DNA from: Paludibacteraceae bacterium
Lineage (GTDB): Bacteria > Bacteroidota > Bacteroidia > Bacteroidales > Paludibacteraceae
Assembly (NCBI GenBank): GCA_017384225.1
Contig: JAFNUD010000033.1
Coordinates: forward strand, 7,708-71,707
Reading direction: 5' to 3'
Length of the DNA stretch: 64,000 bases
The position numbers and the translations under genes were made by a program. Below the pieces are notes generated by a model. The model ran no database searches. It had not been told where the DNA came from and saw only the letters and a program-made list of their open reading frames with translations. This document shows positions 26,954 through 34,790 of the stretch, piece after piece; position 1 is the stretch's first letter; each line of letters opens with the position of its first letter.

Positions 26954-26988
26954 AAAAAACGCCACTTGTGCATGAAACACAAATGGCG
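26954..26988 (-). terminator. rho-independent terminator after the nucleoside phosphorylase gene
   Basis: The minus strand reads CGCCAUUUGUG-UUUCAUG-CACAAGUGGCG followed by UUUUUU (the + strand a-run at 26954-26959). It lies 61 nt downstream of the stop at 27049. Confidence 0.8.
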
Positions 26989-27012
26989 CTTTAGTGGTAT
27001 TTTAAGAAGTTA

Positions 27013-27047
27013 AAGACTTTAAGGTCGGTAAGGACTTTAAAGTCGGT
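27013..27047. repeat. 17/18-nt tandem duplication
   Basis: aagactttaaggtcggt (27013-27029) and aaggactttaaagtcggt (27030-27047). It ends 1 nt from the stop codon of the nucleoside phosphorylase gene. Confidence 0.85.
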
Positions 27048-27048
27048 A

Positions 27049-27927
27049 TTAAATTCTTTCTAATACGGTTTGTACCAGTTGTTTGATACGAGGTTTGTAG
27101 TCTGTGTTAGCAGCTTCTACTTTGCGTTGAGCAATCACGCAGCAGACGGTCATCGCCTTGTGACCCATCAGCAGACTGAGGCCAGCGATAGCACTACCTT
27201 CCATCTCGTAATTAGTAATGCGTTGTCCCTCATAACGGAAGTCGGTAATCAGGTCGTTGATCTCCTTTACTGCCAAGTTGCAGCGGAGTACACGACCTTG
27301 AGGACCATAAAAGCCATTGGCAGCGATGGTGCAACCACGCATCATATCGTCGCCCGCAATGCGATTGACAAGTTCGGGGTTAGCAGCTACCACATATGGA
27401 CGAGCTGCTTTGGCAGGGTAATGGATGAAGTCCACCAATGCGTCCTCAAAACCGAGGTCAGCAATCTCGTCGCGGCCTTCGTAGAAAGCCAATACGCCGT
27501 CCCAACCGATAGACTTCTCGCTAACGAGGAAAGTGCCTAATGGGATATCCTCTTGCATGCCACCGCAAGTGCCGATGCGAACAATCTCAAGTGTGCGATG
27601 CTCGTCTTTCTCGGTGCGGGTGGCGAAATCAATATTCGCTAAAGCGTCGAGCTCGTTGAGCACAATATCGCAGTTGTCGGTGCCAATACCTGTAGAGATA
27701 CAGGAGATGCGTTTGCCGTGGTATTTACCCGTAATGGTATGGAACTCACGGCTTTGGATATCGCACTCGATGCTGCCTTCGTCGAAGAACGAAGCCACCA
27801 TATTGACGCGACCTTGGTCGCCGACCAATATCACCTTATCCGCCAAATGTTCAGGGCGAATATGGAGGTGGAATATACTGCCATCCTCATTGATAATGAG
27901 TTGGCTGGCTGGGAATGTCTTTTTCAT
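27049..27927 (-). CDS. nucleoside phosphorylase (PNP/UDP family 1; uridine phosphorylase-like)
   Basis: 292 aa. ...VILVGDQGRV..., ISCISTGIGTDN, VRIGTCGG, NYEMEGSAI are typical PNP_UDP_1 segments. Confidence 0.8.
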   Translation of the reverse strand: MKKTFPASQLIINEDGSIFHLHIRPEHLADKVILVGDQGRVNMVASFFDEGSIECDIQSREFHTITGKYHGKRISCISTGIGTDNCDIVLNELDALANIDFATRTEKDEHRTLEIVRIGTCGGMQEDIPLGTFLVSEKSIGWDGVLAFYEGRDEIADLGFEDALVDFIHYPAKAARPYVVAANPELVNRIAGDDMMRGCTIAANGFYGPQGRVLRCNLAVKEINDLITDFRYEGQRITNYEMEGSAIAGLSLLMGHKAMTVCCVIAQRKVEAANTDYKPRIKQLVQTVLERI

Positions 27928-27934
27928 AGGTTAG

Positions 27935-28015
27935 AAGATTTTAGATCGCTCGCTATGCTCGCTTGAAGATCGGGCAAAGCCCTGTAAATCGCTGCGCTGT
28001 AGCGGTCGCAGAGCG
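27935..28015. repeat. intergenic word-repeat module (REP-like), copy 2
   Basis: It contains tagatcgct, gaagatcgggcaaagccctgta (core 27967-27986) and gcgctgtagcgg. It shares words and, in inverted orientation, the hairpin core with 22790-22925. Confidence 0.7.
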
Positions 28016-28028
28016 GTCTGGTTAATGA

Positions 28029-28334
28029 TTATGCTTGACCGCCGCCGAAGGACATAGGTATAGTACTTCCTGGGGCAGGAGTGCCATTGATCTTGATAGT
28101 GCCATTTTGCTTCTCGTACTTCGCAATATTCTCTTGCAAAGCAAACAACAATTTCTTGGCATTATCTGGAGTCATAATAACACGCGATTGTACATTAGCA
28201 CTCTTTTGACCTGGCATCATACGAACAAAATCCATGACGAACTCAGAGTTGGAGTGTGCAATAATAGCCAAGTTGGCATAAGTACCCTCAGCCATTTCAG
28301 GTGTGAGGTTGATGTTGAGTTTTTGTTCTTCCAT
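28029..28334 (-). CDS. DUF3467 family protein
   Basis: 101 aa. ...NINLTPEMAEGTYANLAIIAHSNSEFVMDFVRMMPG... matches the DUF3467 pattern as I remember it. Confidence 0.7.
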   Translation of the reverse strand: MEEQKLNINLTPEMAEGTYANLAIIAHSNSEFVMDFVRMMPGQKSANVQSRVIMTPDNAKKLLFALQENIAKYEKQNGTIKINGTPAPGSTIPMSFGGGQA

Positions 28335-28354
28335 ATTTGTATTTATTTTTAGAA

Positions 28355-28400
28355 GTTAGACTATTGTATTGTTAGATGTTAGACCGCTACACTGTTAGAC
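28355..28400. repeat. clustered GTTAGAY heptamers x4
   Basis: gttagac at 28355, gttagat at 28371, gttagac at 28378, gttagac at 28394. They lie in the 75-nt spacer between the GT2 stop and the DUF3467 start. Confidence 0.75.
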
Positions 28401-28409
28401 TGGGTTGGT

Positions 28410-29564
28410 TTACCAATATATGGATCGTTTGCGCCAGCGTTGGGAGATGAGTATCCAGCTGGTAATGAGCGGGAGTACTATATCGTATGCTACAATCTCT
28501 ATGCCAAAGAGTCGCGTTCCTAAACGATGAGCAGACGTATTGATCACGCAAAGCTGAAGCACTAATCGCAACCACCATAACATATATGCAAAACCTACTG
28601 CATAAGCGCCACCGAAAATGCAGGTAGCAATCAGCAAAGCATAGAATAATCCGCGCGTCAGAGGCTCTATACCGATTCGTATCTTACTGCTGCTCCTATA
28701 GTGGGATGACACAGATAGATGTCTGCGCTTCTGGTGCAACCATTCTTGCCAAGTAGTCTTAGGCGCTGACCATGTGATGCTATCACGCGAGCAAACCACC
28801 GCAGTATTGCGTTTGTCGGTCACCTTGTTAACAAACAAGTCATCATCGCCTGCGCGCTCACCTAACATACCACGGAAGCCATCGTTGCGGAAAAAAGTAT
28901 CACGCTTATATGCGAGATTACGACCCACACCCATATAAGGATGACCCGCCGCAGCCATACCCAAATATTGCAGGGCTATGAACAGCGTATCATAGCTAAT
29001 AAGGCTACTGAGTAGCGTTTTTTTCTCGAAGTATGCACCATATCCTAATACGACCTCTGTTTGTTCGTTCTCTGCAAAACCCTGCATCATCTCGCGAATC
29101 CAAAGGCGCGAAGAAGGTCGGCAATCGGCATCGGTAAGCAAGAGATAGTCGTAGTTGGCCGCTTTGATACCAATAGTGAGAGCCAATTTCTTGCTGCTAA
29201 TCACACGTGCCTCATGCGGAACAAACGTGGTGTAGAGGTGTTTGCATTGGTTAGTATAGCGCTCTAAAACAGTCTGAGTATCGTCTTCAGATCCATCATT
29301 GACCACAATAACCTCATAGCAAGGATAGTCCTGCGTAAGAAGCGTATGTAAATAGTCTTGCAGATTGATGTGCTCGTTGCGTGCACAAACGACGACACTC
29401 ACCTTGGGCAATTCGCTATCTGCCATGGGCTGCTCAGAGCCATGTCGGCGCTGCCAACGACTGGCGATAGTGAGATAGCGCAAATAGAAATAGCACTGAT
29501 AGCAACATATCAGTAGCAGTACACCCAAGAGGCAATAATCAATATGTGACAATGCTGCGAGCAT
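28410..29564 (-). CDS. family 2 glycosyltransferase, membrane-anchored
   Basis: 384 aa with TM segments at both ends. GT2 core VSVVVCARNEHINLQDYL...YEVIVVNDGSEDDT...LLLTDADC. Confidence 0.85.
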   Translation of the reverse strand: MLAALSHIDYCLLGVLLLICCYQCYFYLRYLTIASRWQRRHGSEQPMADSELPKVSVVVCARNEHINLQDYLHTLLTQDYPCYEVIVVNDGSEDDTQTVLERYTNQCKHLYTTFVPHEARVISSKKLALTIGIKAANYDYLLLTDADCRPSSRLWIREMMQGFAENEQTEVVLGYGAYFEKKTLLSSLISYDTLFIALQYLGMAAAGHPYMGVGRNLAYKRDTFFRNDGFRGMLGERAGDDDLFVNKVTDKRNTAVVCSRDSITWSAPKTTWQEWLHQKRRHLSVSSHYRSSSKIRIGIEPLTRGLFYALLIATCIFGGAYAVGFAYMLWWLRLVLQLCVINTSAHRLGTRLFGIEIVAYDIVLPLITSWILISQRWRKRSIYW

Positions 29565-29593
29565 GTAGTAAGCCGTGTAACAATAAGCGATTC

Positions 29594-30559
29594 TTACTCT
29601 TCATCATATACCAAACATACATTGTCCACCCAGAGGGTATTGCCTTCGTGACCTTCGAAAGCCTCCAACTTACCTGAAGTGATAACAATGACCATATGGG
29701 TAGGTTCTAAAGTTGCATCCCAACCTTCTTCCATGATTAGAGTGATCTTGCCCTTGGAGTTAGCCGCACGCTCAATCCCCTTGAAGCCCATATACTCCTT
29801 GTACCAAGGTTCGCCAGTGATATCGCCATAGTGGATAGGCACACGATGTGCATTTACCCACTCTTCTTGTGTCTTAGAAAAACGCTCGTAGCCCGTTCCT
29901 ACGCGAATAGAGTGGATCTTGCCCTTCTCGTCCTCCCAACGGTGTTGCAAATAGATATAGGCCTCAGCCTCATCAATCTCTCCATTCTCAAACTCTCTTT
30001 TCTTAGGTTTAGCAGCTCCCTTGGCAAACCAATACCAACTCTCCTGCTCTACGATACACTTGTAGTCGAACATCAAGGCCGTAGGACGCTCCGTAAATGG
30101 TATGCCGAAGTCGATATTCTGATAAGGATCGGCAGCTGTAGTGATAGGCTCTATATTTCGACCCGTGAACAGGGTACCAGATACAAGCACCTGTATATCA
30201 ATCATACCCATCACGCGTACACCCAGCATATCTACATCTAGTCGGCAGCAAGTGCCACCATCCTCGCGCACCTCTGGGGTCATCGTACCCGCAGCTTTCT
30301 CAATGCCAATAACGTTGGCATAGGCATTGCTGGTAGCCCAAGGATTGCCATTCTGTCCGAAAATATATGGAGCATTTTCGTAGAGCGTATCAGTAGGCGC
30401 AAGACAATAAAGCGTTTTGGTCTTACCACCCAAAAGTTTGGACTCTTTGATATACCGTACAGTCCATTGCTCCATATCTCCAAAAGGTATCGTATCAATA
30501 CGTTCTGCCATAGCACTCAATGACAGTAGCAAAAAAGGTAGAAAGAGTACTTTTTTCAT
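29594..30559 (-). CDS. secreted PCMD-like (putative carbohydrate metabolism domain) protein
   Basis: 321 aa with a signal peptide. N-terminal IPFGDMEQWTVRYIKES...KTLYCLAP... resembles PCMD-domain proteins of Bacteroidales; the family call is from memory. Canonical promoter 56 nt upstream. Confidence 0.55.
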   Translation of the reverse strand: MKKVLFLPFLLLSLSAMAERIDTIPFGDMEQWTVRYIKESKLLGGKTKTLYCLAPTDTLYENAPYIFGQNGNPWATSNAYANVIGIEKAAGTMTPEVREDGGTCCRLDVDMLGVRVMGMIDIQVLVSGTLFTGRNIEPITTAADPYQNIDFGIPFTERPTALMFDYKCIVEQESWYWFAKGAAKPKKREFENGEIDEAEAYIYLQHRWEDEKGKIHSIRVGTGYERFSKTQEEWVNAHRVPIHYGDITGEPWYKEYMGFKGIERAANSKGKITLIMEEGWDATLEPTHMVIVITSGKLEAFEGHEGNTLWVDNVCLVYDEE

Positions 30560-30615
30560 ATCTCAATTATAGGTATTCAAACTAAAAAATATCGCCATAG
30601 TGTATAAAAAACTTG

Positions 30616-30646
30616 CAAAGGTACTATTTTTTTTTGATATGTGCAA
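30616..30646 (-). promoter_or_regulatory. promoter for the PCMD-like / GT2 genes
   Basis: Minus strand: -33 TTGC (30646-30643), 19-nt spacer, -7 TACCTTTG (30623-30616). It lies 56 nt upstream of the ATG at 30559. Confidence 0.7.
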
Positions 30647-30663
30647 TTTTTTTTGTAATTTTG
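30633..30663 (+). promoter_or_regulatory. promoter for aroC
   Basis: -33 TTTG (30633-30636), 19-nt spacer, -7 TAATTTTG (30656-30663). It ends 21 nt before the ATG at 30685. It interdigitates with the divergent promoter at 30616-30646. Confidence 0.7.
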
Positions 30664-30684
30664 CGCTCTTGTAAAAAAAATCGC

Positions 30685-31683
30685 ATGAATACTATAGGCG
30701 AAAAATTCAGTTTCACCTCCTTTGGAGAGTCGCATGGTCGAGCTATCGGCGGTGTGCTGGACGGTGTACCTGCAGGGCTAAAGATAGATATGGAGATGAT
30801 TCGCCAAGCGTTGGATCGCAGAGCGGGAAGGATAGCTGAGGGGATGAGGCGAGAGGCAGGAGTCTCCCCTCGGGCGTTGCGCGAGGCAGATGAGGTGGAG
30901 TGGCTGAGCGGCGTGATGGACGGTGTGACACTCGGTACACCCATCGCGTTTATCATTCGCAACAAGGATGCTCGTAGCGAAGACTACGATTGGCTGAAGT
31001 ACACCTATCGTATCGGTCATGCTGATCGTGTGTATCAAGAGAAATATGGCATACGCGACCATCGCGGTGGGGGGCGTGCTTCAGCGAGAGAAACTGCTTC
31101 GCGTGTAGTAGCAGGTGCTATAGCACAACAGATGTTACAAGAACAAAACATTCGCATACATGCAAGATTGGTGCAGGTAGGCGAAGAGAGGAATCCCGAA
31201 AAATTCGATTCTTATATCACTGGTATTCAGCGCGAAGGCGATAGTGTGGGAGGGATTGTAGAATGTACGATCACTGGCATGCCCATCGGCATAGGCGAAC
31301 CCATATTCGACAAACTGCAGAGCCATTTGGCATTCGCAATGATGAGCATCAATGCTTGCAAAGGATTTGAATACGGCAGTGGTTTTCAGGGTATCGGCAT
31401 GAAAGGTAGCGAAATGTATTTCTCTGATAATCAACAGCTCATATCGGGTGGGATAGCAGGAGGAATAAGCGATGGCACTCCCATCGTATTTCGCTGCGTA
31501 TTTAAGCCAACAGCGTCGAGCCAAAAGACATTTGAGGCAATAAGGCAAGAGGCAAAAGGGGAAAAGAAAAATGGCAGGCACGACGCGTGCGTAGCAGTGA
31601 GAGCAGTGGCTGTGGTAGAAGCTATGACGGCATTGGTATTGACGGACTTTGGCATGATTTTTGAGCAAAAGTGCCATGAATAA
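30685..31683 (+). CDS. aroC: chorismate synthase
   Basis: MNTIGEKFSFTSFGESHG..., YRIGHADRVYQEKYGIRDHRGGGRASARET, GRHDACVAVRAV. The track start at 30613 precedes the TAATTTTG -7 box (30656-30663), so I chose the ATG at 30685. Confidence 0.93.
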   Translation: MNTIGEKFSFTSFGESHGRAIGGVLDGVPAGLKIDMEMIRQALDRRAGRIAEGMRREAGVSPRALREADEVEWLSGVMDGVTLGTPIAFIIRNKDARSEDYDWLKYTYRIGHADRVYQEKYGIRDHRGGGRASARETASRVVAGAIAQQMLQEQNIRIHARLVQVGEERNPEKFDSYITGIQREGDSVGGIVECTITGMPIGIGEPIFDKLQSHLAFAMMSINACKGFEYGSGFQGIGMKGSEMYFSDNQQLISGGIAGGISDGTPIVFRCVFKPTASSQKTFEAIRQEAKGEKKNGRHDACVAVRAVAVVEAMTALVLTDFGMIFEQKCHE

Positions 31684-31773
31684 AAAAGACAACATAGACA
31701 ACGTGCGCCCAAATCAACTTCCTCAAGCGCGAAAAAGAAAACAACACAACCAAACTTGTAAAAACGAAACGCA

Positions 31774-34710
31774 ATGAAGTACTTACTTATTATACTCAGT
31801 AGCCTGATAGTGATGCCATTGATGGCGCAACATACGTTATCTGGCACCATACTCTCAAAAACGGATGGTACTCCCGTAGAAATGGCTACGGTACGTCTAT
31901 TTGCTTATCCCAAAGCCAACATGCCTACATCTCCCGAAGGCATGCCTGATTCAATATTGGTGCAAGGTGCGCAAACTACATACGATGGCATGTTTGTGCT
32001 TAATAACATTCGTCCTGGTGAATACAAATTGATTATCTCCTCTGTGGGTTTTTCAGAAGTGGTAAAAGAGGTGAAGATGCCTAAGACAAACTTGGACATT
32101 CCTACTATCCGCTTGACCGAACAAGTGCAACATTTAGCGGAAGTGAGCGTGCAAGGACGTGCTGCAGAAATGACCGTCAAAGGTGATACGATAGAATACA
32201 ACACCGCCGCCTATCAAGTGAGCGAAACAGCCACAGTGGAAGAACTGCTGAAGAAAATGAATGGTGTGGAGGTGGATAAAGAGGGTAATGTGACCATCAA
32301 TGGTGAAGAGATAAAAAGTGTGCGAATTGATGGCAAGAAATTCTTTGGCGACGATGTGCAAACCGCAACAAAAAATATCCCTGCCGAAATGATTGAGAAG
32401 ATCCAAGTCATTGACGAGAAGAGCGATATGGCCAAACTCACAGGTTTTGAGGATGATGAAGGTGAACGCATCATCAACCTTAGCCTAAAGAAAAACCGCA
32501 AGAAAGGTGTATTTGGCAATTATTCAGGTGGATTAGGAGCCGATATGGTGACCGACAACGGTAGTTGGTTCGACTATGGCAGTCCTGCATACGGTGCTAC
32601 GGATGCTGCTCGTATGTTGCATTTCATAGAGAACGATGCGCGCTATAATGCCAATATATTTACCAACTTGCTATTAGGAAATAGTCAGACGACCATTATC
32701 GGCGGAGCAAATAATACCAACGAGATTCGTTCGCGTCGAGGTCGAGGATGGTTCGGTGGGCAAAATGCGGGCGTGACAGCATCAGAGAACTTGGGTGTGA
32801 ATACCAATATCGATCTGACGGACAAAGTGGAAAAAAAAGACGATAAGACATCTTTGCTTTTGGGTGGTGATGCTACGGTGAATCACTCTAACAACGACAC
32901 CCGCACACTCTCCAACAAAGAGAGCTATAGCGAAGAAGCCACCTATATTGACCGCGACTCAACAGTGAAACTAACAAAATCTTGGGACGCACAAATGCGC
33001 TTAGAGTTGGAGTATCAGATTGACTCAATGAACAAACTGATTCTTCGTCCACAAATCAGCTATACCAACTCGGCTTCCAACCAAAACAACGACTACGTGT
33101 TTGATCGCGACACTATGCGTATCAATGAGGGTTATCAACATCAGAGAAGTTTGCAAGAAGAGATAGGTGCGTCCATGCGCGCAATATACAATCATAAGTT
33201 TGCCAAACCAGGTCGTAGCCTGACTATGCGTGCGAATGTGAATTTCAAGAATACAAATAAAAAGGATACTACTTATGCATGGGATCGAATGACCGATAGT
33301 GTATTGGTTGATCAAAATACATTGTCATGGAATAATTCGCTGAGCTATTCGCTACGCACATCATTTGTAGAACCTATATATGGCAAGAATCATTTCTTGG
33401 AAACAGTACTCTCGTTGTCGGGTAGCAATCGTAATTCGGTGAAAAATCAATATACGATGAACCCACTTTCGGGAGAGTATCAGTATGATAGCGTTTTCTC
33501 AAATGAGCTAAACAACAACATGTACACCGAGCAACTGGAGCTCAACTATCGTTGGGTAAGCGAGAAAATAGACTTGACTGCGGGTGCACGTGTGTTGGCT
33601 ACACAGACCTATTCAAAGACTTACTATGGAGGTCTCCTCGCGCGCGATACATTATATAATAGATTCAACTGGTCGCCCAACCTTCGCTTCCGCTACAAAT
33701 TTGGCACAAAAGAGTTTGCGCGTATTGTCTATCGCGGCAATGTCAATCAACCTACAATCCAGCAGATGGAACCTGTGCGCAACAACTCTGATGCGATGAA
33801 CGAGACCGTGGGTAACTTGGGATTGAATCCAGCGTTCAATCACAATATCTTTGCCATGTACTCACGCTTCAATCAAGAGAAATTCTCCAGTATCATGACG
33901 GGATTGCACGCAAATATCACCCAAGACGCTTTGGTAAACAACACAATCTATGATCAAACAGGTAAACGCTATTTGCAGACTGTCAATGCAGATATGATTC
34001 CGTGGCGTGTAGGAGCCGATTTTATGTCCAACACACCATTCTACAAAAAGATGTTCCAGTTCCACTCACGTACAGCGGTGAGCTACAACCAACGTGTGGC
34101 ATACGTGCTCCGTGAACAAGATACGGATCATATCGCACAAATGATTGCAGCAAATACCTTACCCTTGGGAGACCCATCAAAAACGGGCAACTTCCGCATG
34201 AGTAGCGATTTAACCCTACGCTTTACCCATCAGATTGTGGATATCGGTATAAAAAACACCAATATTTATTCACTAACCCATAACTCGCTCAACAAGAAGA
34301 ATGTGAGCCACGTGGGTGATTGGATAGTAACAGGCGATGTGACATTCCACCTGCCTAAAGCGTGGAATATTGCAACAGATGTGAGCTATACCTCACGTTA
34401 CGGCTACGAGGGACTAACCGATGTGAACGAACTAATTTGGAACTTCTCGGTGGACAAGACATGGGCTAATTCTACCTTAACTCTCAAAATATATGACCTT
34501 TTGAACGACAAGAAGAATATCGTGCAAACCATCAATGAGACTAGTGTAAGCTATCAAAAATTCAATACGCTACCTACCTATTTTACGCTGACCTATACCT
34601 ATAAGCTCAATCGTATGGGTGGTCTGAAAGCTACGGGTCGTGCGGCATGGCAACAGCAGATGATAGAGTCGGGCGGTCGTCCACCAATGGGTCCTCCACC
34701 TCATTTTTAA
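31774..34710 (+). CDS. CarboxypepD_reg-like plus outer-membrane beta-barrel (TonB-dependent-receptor-like) protein
   Basis: 978 aa. Signal peptide ...MPLMA|Q. N-terminal LSGTILSKTDGTPVEMATVRL...YDGMFVLNNIRPGEYKLIISSVGF. Plug-like ...TVKGDTIEYN...VEELLKKMNGVEVDKEGNVTINGEEIKSVRIDGKKFF, then a long barrel. Confidence 0.8.
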   Translation: MKYLLIILSSLIVMPLMAQHTLSGTILSKTDGTPVEMATVRLFAYPKANMPTSPEGMPDSILVQGAQTTYDGMFVLNNIRPGEYKLIISSVGFSEVVKEVKMPKTNLDIPTIRLTEQVQHLAEVSVQGRAAEMTVKGDTIEYNTAAYQVSETATVEELLKKMNGVEVDKEGNVTINGEEIKSVRIDGKKFFGDDVQTATKNIPAEMIEKIQVIDEKSDMAKLTGFEDDEGERIINLSLKKNRKKGVFGNYSGGLGADMVTDNGSWFDYGSPAYGATDAARMLHFIENDARYNANIFTNLLLGNSQTTIIGGANNTNEIRSRRGRGWFGGQNAGVTASENLGVNTNIDLTDKVEKKDDKTSLLLGGDATVNHSNNDTRTLSNKESYSEEATYIDRDSTVKLTKSWDAQMRLELEYQIDSMNKLILRPQISYTNSASNQNNDYVFDRDTMRINEGYQHQRSLQEEIGASMRAIYNHKFAKPGRSLTMRANVNFKNTNKKDTTYAWDRMTDSVLVDQNTLSWNNSLSYSLRTSFVEPIYGKNHFLETVLSLSGSNRNSVKNQYTMNPLSGEYQYDSVFSNELNNNMYTEQLELNYRWVSEKIDLTAGARVLATQTYSKTYYGGLLARDTLYNRFNWSPNLRFRYKFGTKEFARIVYRGNVNQPTIQQMEPVRNNSDAMNETVGNLGLNPAFNHNIFAMYSRFNQEKFSSIMTGLHANITQDALVNNTIYDQTGKRYLQTVNADMIPWRVGADFMSNTPFYKKMFQFHSRTAVSYNQRVAYVLREQDTDHIAQMIAANTLPLGDPSKTGNFRMSSDLTLRFTHQIVDIGIKNTNIYSLTHNSLNKKNVSHVGDWIVTGDVTFHLPKAWNIATDVSYTSRYGYEGLTDVNELIWNFSVDKTWANSTLTLKIYDLLNDKKNIVQTINETSVSYQKFNTLPTYFTLTYTYKLNRMGGLKATGRAAWQQQMIESGGRPPMGPPPHF

Positions 34711-34727
34711 GAAAAAGCAGAAATATA

Positions 34728-34759
34728 TTTGCGTATATCAGAAAAAAGTAGTACCTTTG
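34728..34759 (+). promoter_or_regulatory. promoter for the 34791 lipoprotein gene
   Basis: -33 TTTG (34728-34731), 20-nt spacer, -7 TACCTTTG (34752-34759). It ends 31 nt before the ATG at 34791. Confidence 0.7.
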
Positions 34760-34790
34760 TTGCCTGTTTGTATTACTGAACATTTTAGAA

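Noticed and set aside
30847-30859. Treating the 13-nt identity GAGGCGAGAGGCA (aroC vs btuB 50497-50509, inverted) as proof of a shared mobile element.
   Set aside because: By a rough count, about 4e9 position pairs on both strands against 4^13 possible 13-mers predicts tens of chance 13-mer matches in 64 kb. Only the local tandem structure and the 21-nt AT-rich identity are statistically meaningful without genome-wide data.
31135-31850. Minus-strand ORFs 31135-31701 (188 aa) and 31431-31850 (139 aa).
   Set aside because: They are antisense to aroC and to the start of the 978-aa OM protein. They are Cys/Phe/Leu-rich with no start context and no recognisable domains.
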